Shown: piece after piece, positions 61,212 to 64,000 of the stretch
Position numbering within the stretch: position 1 is the stretch's first letter
Layout: each line of letters opens with the position of its first letter
Origin: Candidatus Poribacteria bacterium
GTDB taxonomy: Bacteria; Poribacteria; WGA-4E; WGA-3G
Assembly (NCBI GenBank): GCA_965214095.1
Contig: OZ243938.1
Span: 5,024,001 to 5,088,000 of the forward strand
DNA length: 64,000 nt
Direction: 5' to 3'
Translations under genes and position numbers: made by a program
Notes under the pieces: generated by a model
Databases searched by the model: none
What the model was told of the DNA's origin: nothing
Seen by the model: only the letters and a program-made list of their open reading frames with translations

Positions 61212-63050
61212 TTAACCCTCTTCCTGTTCTTTCAACTGACGTGCCTTTTGCACAAGCTCAAGCAACTCCTCTTTCCGCTCTTCTTGCTGAGGTGTTTTTG
61301 ACTCAATCTCCTGAAGAACGCCTTCAATTGTCTCTTGAACAGTAGTTAAAGAACCTTTTTTTGCTCAAAAACTTCCCCGAAGGATTTCAGCGAACTCCGC
61401 AATTGCACCGACAAGTTGAAACTCAGCAGATGCATCTTGATATGAACCTTTCAATTGTTCTGAGGAGATAGTTTCGCTAACCTCTGTAACCTTTTGTGTG
61501 TCGGGGTTTTCATGCCGAATAAAGACAGTTGCAAGTTTGCCAATCGCATCTTCATGAAGTTTAATCTCATAGAGTGCGGTTACGCTATGTCCAGATCCAA
61601 CTTCCCCTGCGTCTACATCGTCTTTGCGGAAATCTTCATGTGCAAGTGCACGATTTTCATATCCGAGTAGGCGGAAACGACTGACTGTGTCGGGGTTGAA
61701 CTCAACCTGTATCTTTGCATCTTTTGCGATGACTTGTAGTGTGCCAGTAAGATTCTCTACGAACACCCGTTTTGCTTCTTTAAAGGTGTCAACATAAGCA
61801 TAACTACCGTTCCCTTTATTGGCAAGTCGTTCCATCAAAACATCGTTGTAGTTACCCATGCCAAAGCCGACTGTAGTAAGCGTTACACCTTCCTTAACAT
61901 AGTTCCCTATTGTATTAAGGATAGCATCAGGACCTGTATTCCCAACGTTTGCTACACCATCTGAACAGAGGATTACACGGTTGATGCAATTTGACTTTGA
62001 GTTCTTTAGTGCAAGTTTGTATCCCATCCGAAGTCCTGCTTCCGCATTCGTTGACCCTTCTGAACGAAGTTGATTAATTGCCTCTGTGATATATTCACGG
62101 TTCTCTATACCAGTATGTTCAAGAACAACCCGTGAATCAGAACCATAAACTACGATCCCAACCTTATCAGTAGGACGAAGTTGATCAACAAGAAGTGTCA
62201 ATGCTCTTTTCACTAAACCTAACCGATTTTCCATGTTCATTGAACCAGAGACATCAACCACAAAGGTAAGTATAGCGTCTTTTCGGTCTGTATCTGGAAT
62301 GACGCGACCTTGAATACCGACACGGAGTAACTGAAGTCGTTTACCTTCTCCAAATTTAGAAGGAGCACCTTCTACGTGAACTGCAAATGCATCATCTTTG
62401 GGAGGCGTATAGTTGTAATCAAACGCATTAACAAATTCTTCAGCGCGGATAGCGTCTGTAGGCGGAAGGTTTCCATCTCGGAGATAACGACGCATTACAG
62501 AATATGAAGCAGTGTCTACATCCATCGCAAATGTAGAGAAGTTGTCATCTTCTGTATCAATGAAAGGGTTGGTGCCATGGTCTTTATAGAAAACATCTTG
62601 ATACGCTGCACCGTTTGGTGGGTTTAATTGCGGTGCTTGTAGTTGTAATGATGCTACTTGATTTGGTTGGCTCGCTGCACGCGAATAAGCCAATTGTGGT
62701 GTACTATTTACTACACTCAGGTTGGAGTGGATACTCGCTTTAGGCACAGGTACATTGGAAGCAATTGACTCTGACGATTTCATCATCCTTTGGGAAATTG
62801 GTTTAGATAGTCTTTTGGTGTGTGCAACCGTCTCTTGCACCGTAACATTCTGCGGACTAACTATACCTCTCACAATTGGTCTACTAAGTCTTGGTTTCGG
62901 TGGATCCGGTGGTTCAAACGTCTCTACTGCGACGACATCTTTGATTTGCTGGGTTTCTTGGTTATCTAAACGAAGGTTGATGATAGTTACAACGATGAGG
63001 AGGAGCGCAAGTGAAATAAAAAACGCCCCTGCGATTCTTTTGATACGCAT
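61212..63050 (-). CDS. YfbK-type VWA (DUF3520) membrane-anchored protein with a premature in-frame TGA at 61365-61367 (possible pseudogene)
   Basis: DVSGS MIDAS; paralog reads EILRESYWAKDGSL, this gene reads EILRGSF*AKKGSL and the frame stays open 50 more codons to TAA at 61212. Confidence 0.85.
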
Positions 63051-63096
63051 TGCTTTTTACCTCCAAAAGTAAAAACAGGTGATTTAGATTGTTAAT

Positions 63097-63113
63097 AGCA
63101 AATTGTATGCCAA
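63097..63113 (-). promoter_or_regulatory. sigma54 (-24/-12) promoter of the VWA cluster
   Basis: TTGGCATACAATTTGCT; 16-nt core identical to the promoter at 2901-2916. Confidence 0.8.
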
Positions 63114-63172
63114 TACAAGAACGCAAAATTTAGGTCTTTTTGCAGGACTCTCGGCAGAATCCTGCACTAACC

Positions 63173-63209
63173 TGTGCATTTTCTATACAGTGCTGCACGA
63201 AAATGGACA
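63173..63209. promoter_or_regulatory. Candidate tandem UAS for a sigma54 activator
   Basis: tgtgcattttctataca-gtg-ctgcacgaaaatggaca; same spacing to promoter as 2977-3014 within 1-2 bp. Confidence 0.5.
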
Positions 63210-63210
63210 A

Positions 63211-64000
63211 TCATCTTTCATTTTTTGTCTGAGTCTGTTGCAAGTATTCTGATATCTGTTTTGTTAATCTTTTTTCAATAGTCTTCATTTTCGGTACCCC
63301 CGCGAGATTGTTTGTTTCATTTGGGTCATCATGCACATTAAACAGCAGATAAGGGGTTCCTTCTCTATTTAATACCATTTTCCACTCTTGATTCAGCAGC
63401 ATAATTTCACGAGATATTTCGGAAATAGCGAATTCACGGTGTGGTGCTTCTGTGTCATCAAGAACAGGAGACAAGGACTTTCCGAACTGTCTATGCTTCA
63501 ACTCCCCTCCCGCCATTTCAACGAGTGTGGGTCCGATATCAATCCATTCAACAGGACTATCACAAGTGCGATCAGTGGTTGTGTCTTTTAAGGTATCAGG
63601 TGTACGCACAAGAAATGGAATTCGGACTGCTCCATTTAGGAGGTTACTTTTGTAAATCAACCCATAATCTCCGTTCATCTCACCATGGTCAGAACAGAAA
63701 ACGATGACAGTATTATCCAGTTCTCCGCGTTGCTCAATTGCACCCAAGATTTCGCCAATTTGATCATCAATGAGGGTAACATTTCCAGCATAATCCGCAC
63801 GCATTTTTGCCACATCACCTGCGTCAAATTTAGGACTTTTCTTCTTATTTTTCATAAGGTTGTCTAAACTTCCACGAGGACGGTTTTCTGCAGCTTGACG
63901 AGGTACGGGTTGTGGCATATCATCCGGATTATACATACTTGAATAAGGTTTTGGACAATCCCAAGGTTCGTGAGGTCCACCGAAACTCACCCAGCAAAAC
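63211..64000 (-). CDS. Sulfatase, C-terminal part (begins beyond window end)
   Basis: SFGGPHEPWD, DDQIG, SDHGEM.GD, K, DP.E..NL. Confidence 0.9.
   Translation of the reverse strand, partial: FCWVSFGGPHEPWDCPKPYSSMYNPDDMPQPVPRQAAENRPRGSLDNLMKNKKKSPKFDAGDVAKMRADYAGNVTLIDDQIGEILGAIEQRGELDNTVIVFCSDHGEMNGDYGLIYKSNLLNGAVRIPFLVRTPDTLKDTTTDRTCDSPVEWIDIGPTLVEMAGGELKHRQFGKSLSPVLDDTEAPHREFAISEISREIMLLNQEWKMVLNREGTPYLLFNVHDDPNETNNLAGVPKMKTIEKRLTKQISEYLQQTQTKNER

Noticed and set aside
61365-61367. TGA=Trp recoding (alternative genetic code)
   Set aside because: TGA is the genuine stop of several full-length genes here (e.g. TBDRs ending at 11549 and 15967), and Trp is encoded by TGG elsewhere.

Overview
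AT-rich bacterial chromosomal window from a diderm. The secreted LRR and WD40 repeat proteins, sulfatases, multiple TonB-dependent receptors and dense palindromic repeats suggest Candidatus Poribacteria (sponge symbiont); this taxonomy is inference. Housekeeping genes are purM, purF, mfd, glpK and lysA. Envelope genes include three tandem TBDRs with a DUF5916-like OMP and TonB, three parvulin PPIases, and an LptD carrying ~400 aa of inserted parvulin domains. Also present are a sigma54 two-component system, three VWA-domain genes, two TA pairs and restriction/IS remnants. Most notable: (1) Two protein-free IS200/IS605-type elements (38688-39022 and 58162-58566). All four of their ends obey the TnpA guide/cleavage-site pairing rule with compensatory changes. 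Each carries a near-consensus sigma70 promoter and a structured non-coding cargo, one ending in a TnpB omegaRNA-like 3' module. One element sits exactly between the RBS and ATG of a VIT-VWA gene. (2) An identical sigma54 promoter core with similarly spaced upstream sites in front of two genes 60 kb apart, suggesting an undescribed sigma54 regulon. (3) The LptD-parvulin fusion. (4) Nested MITE/REP 'Russian dolls'. No rRNA, tRNA or CRISPR array was recognised.
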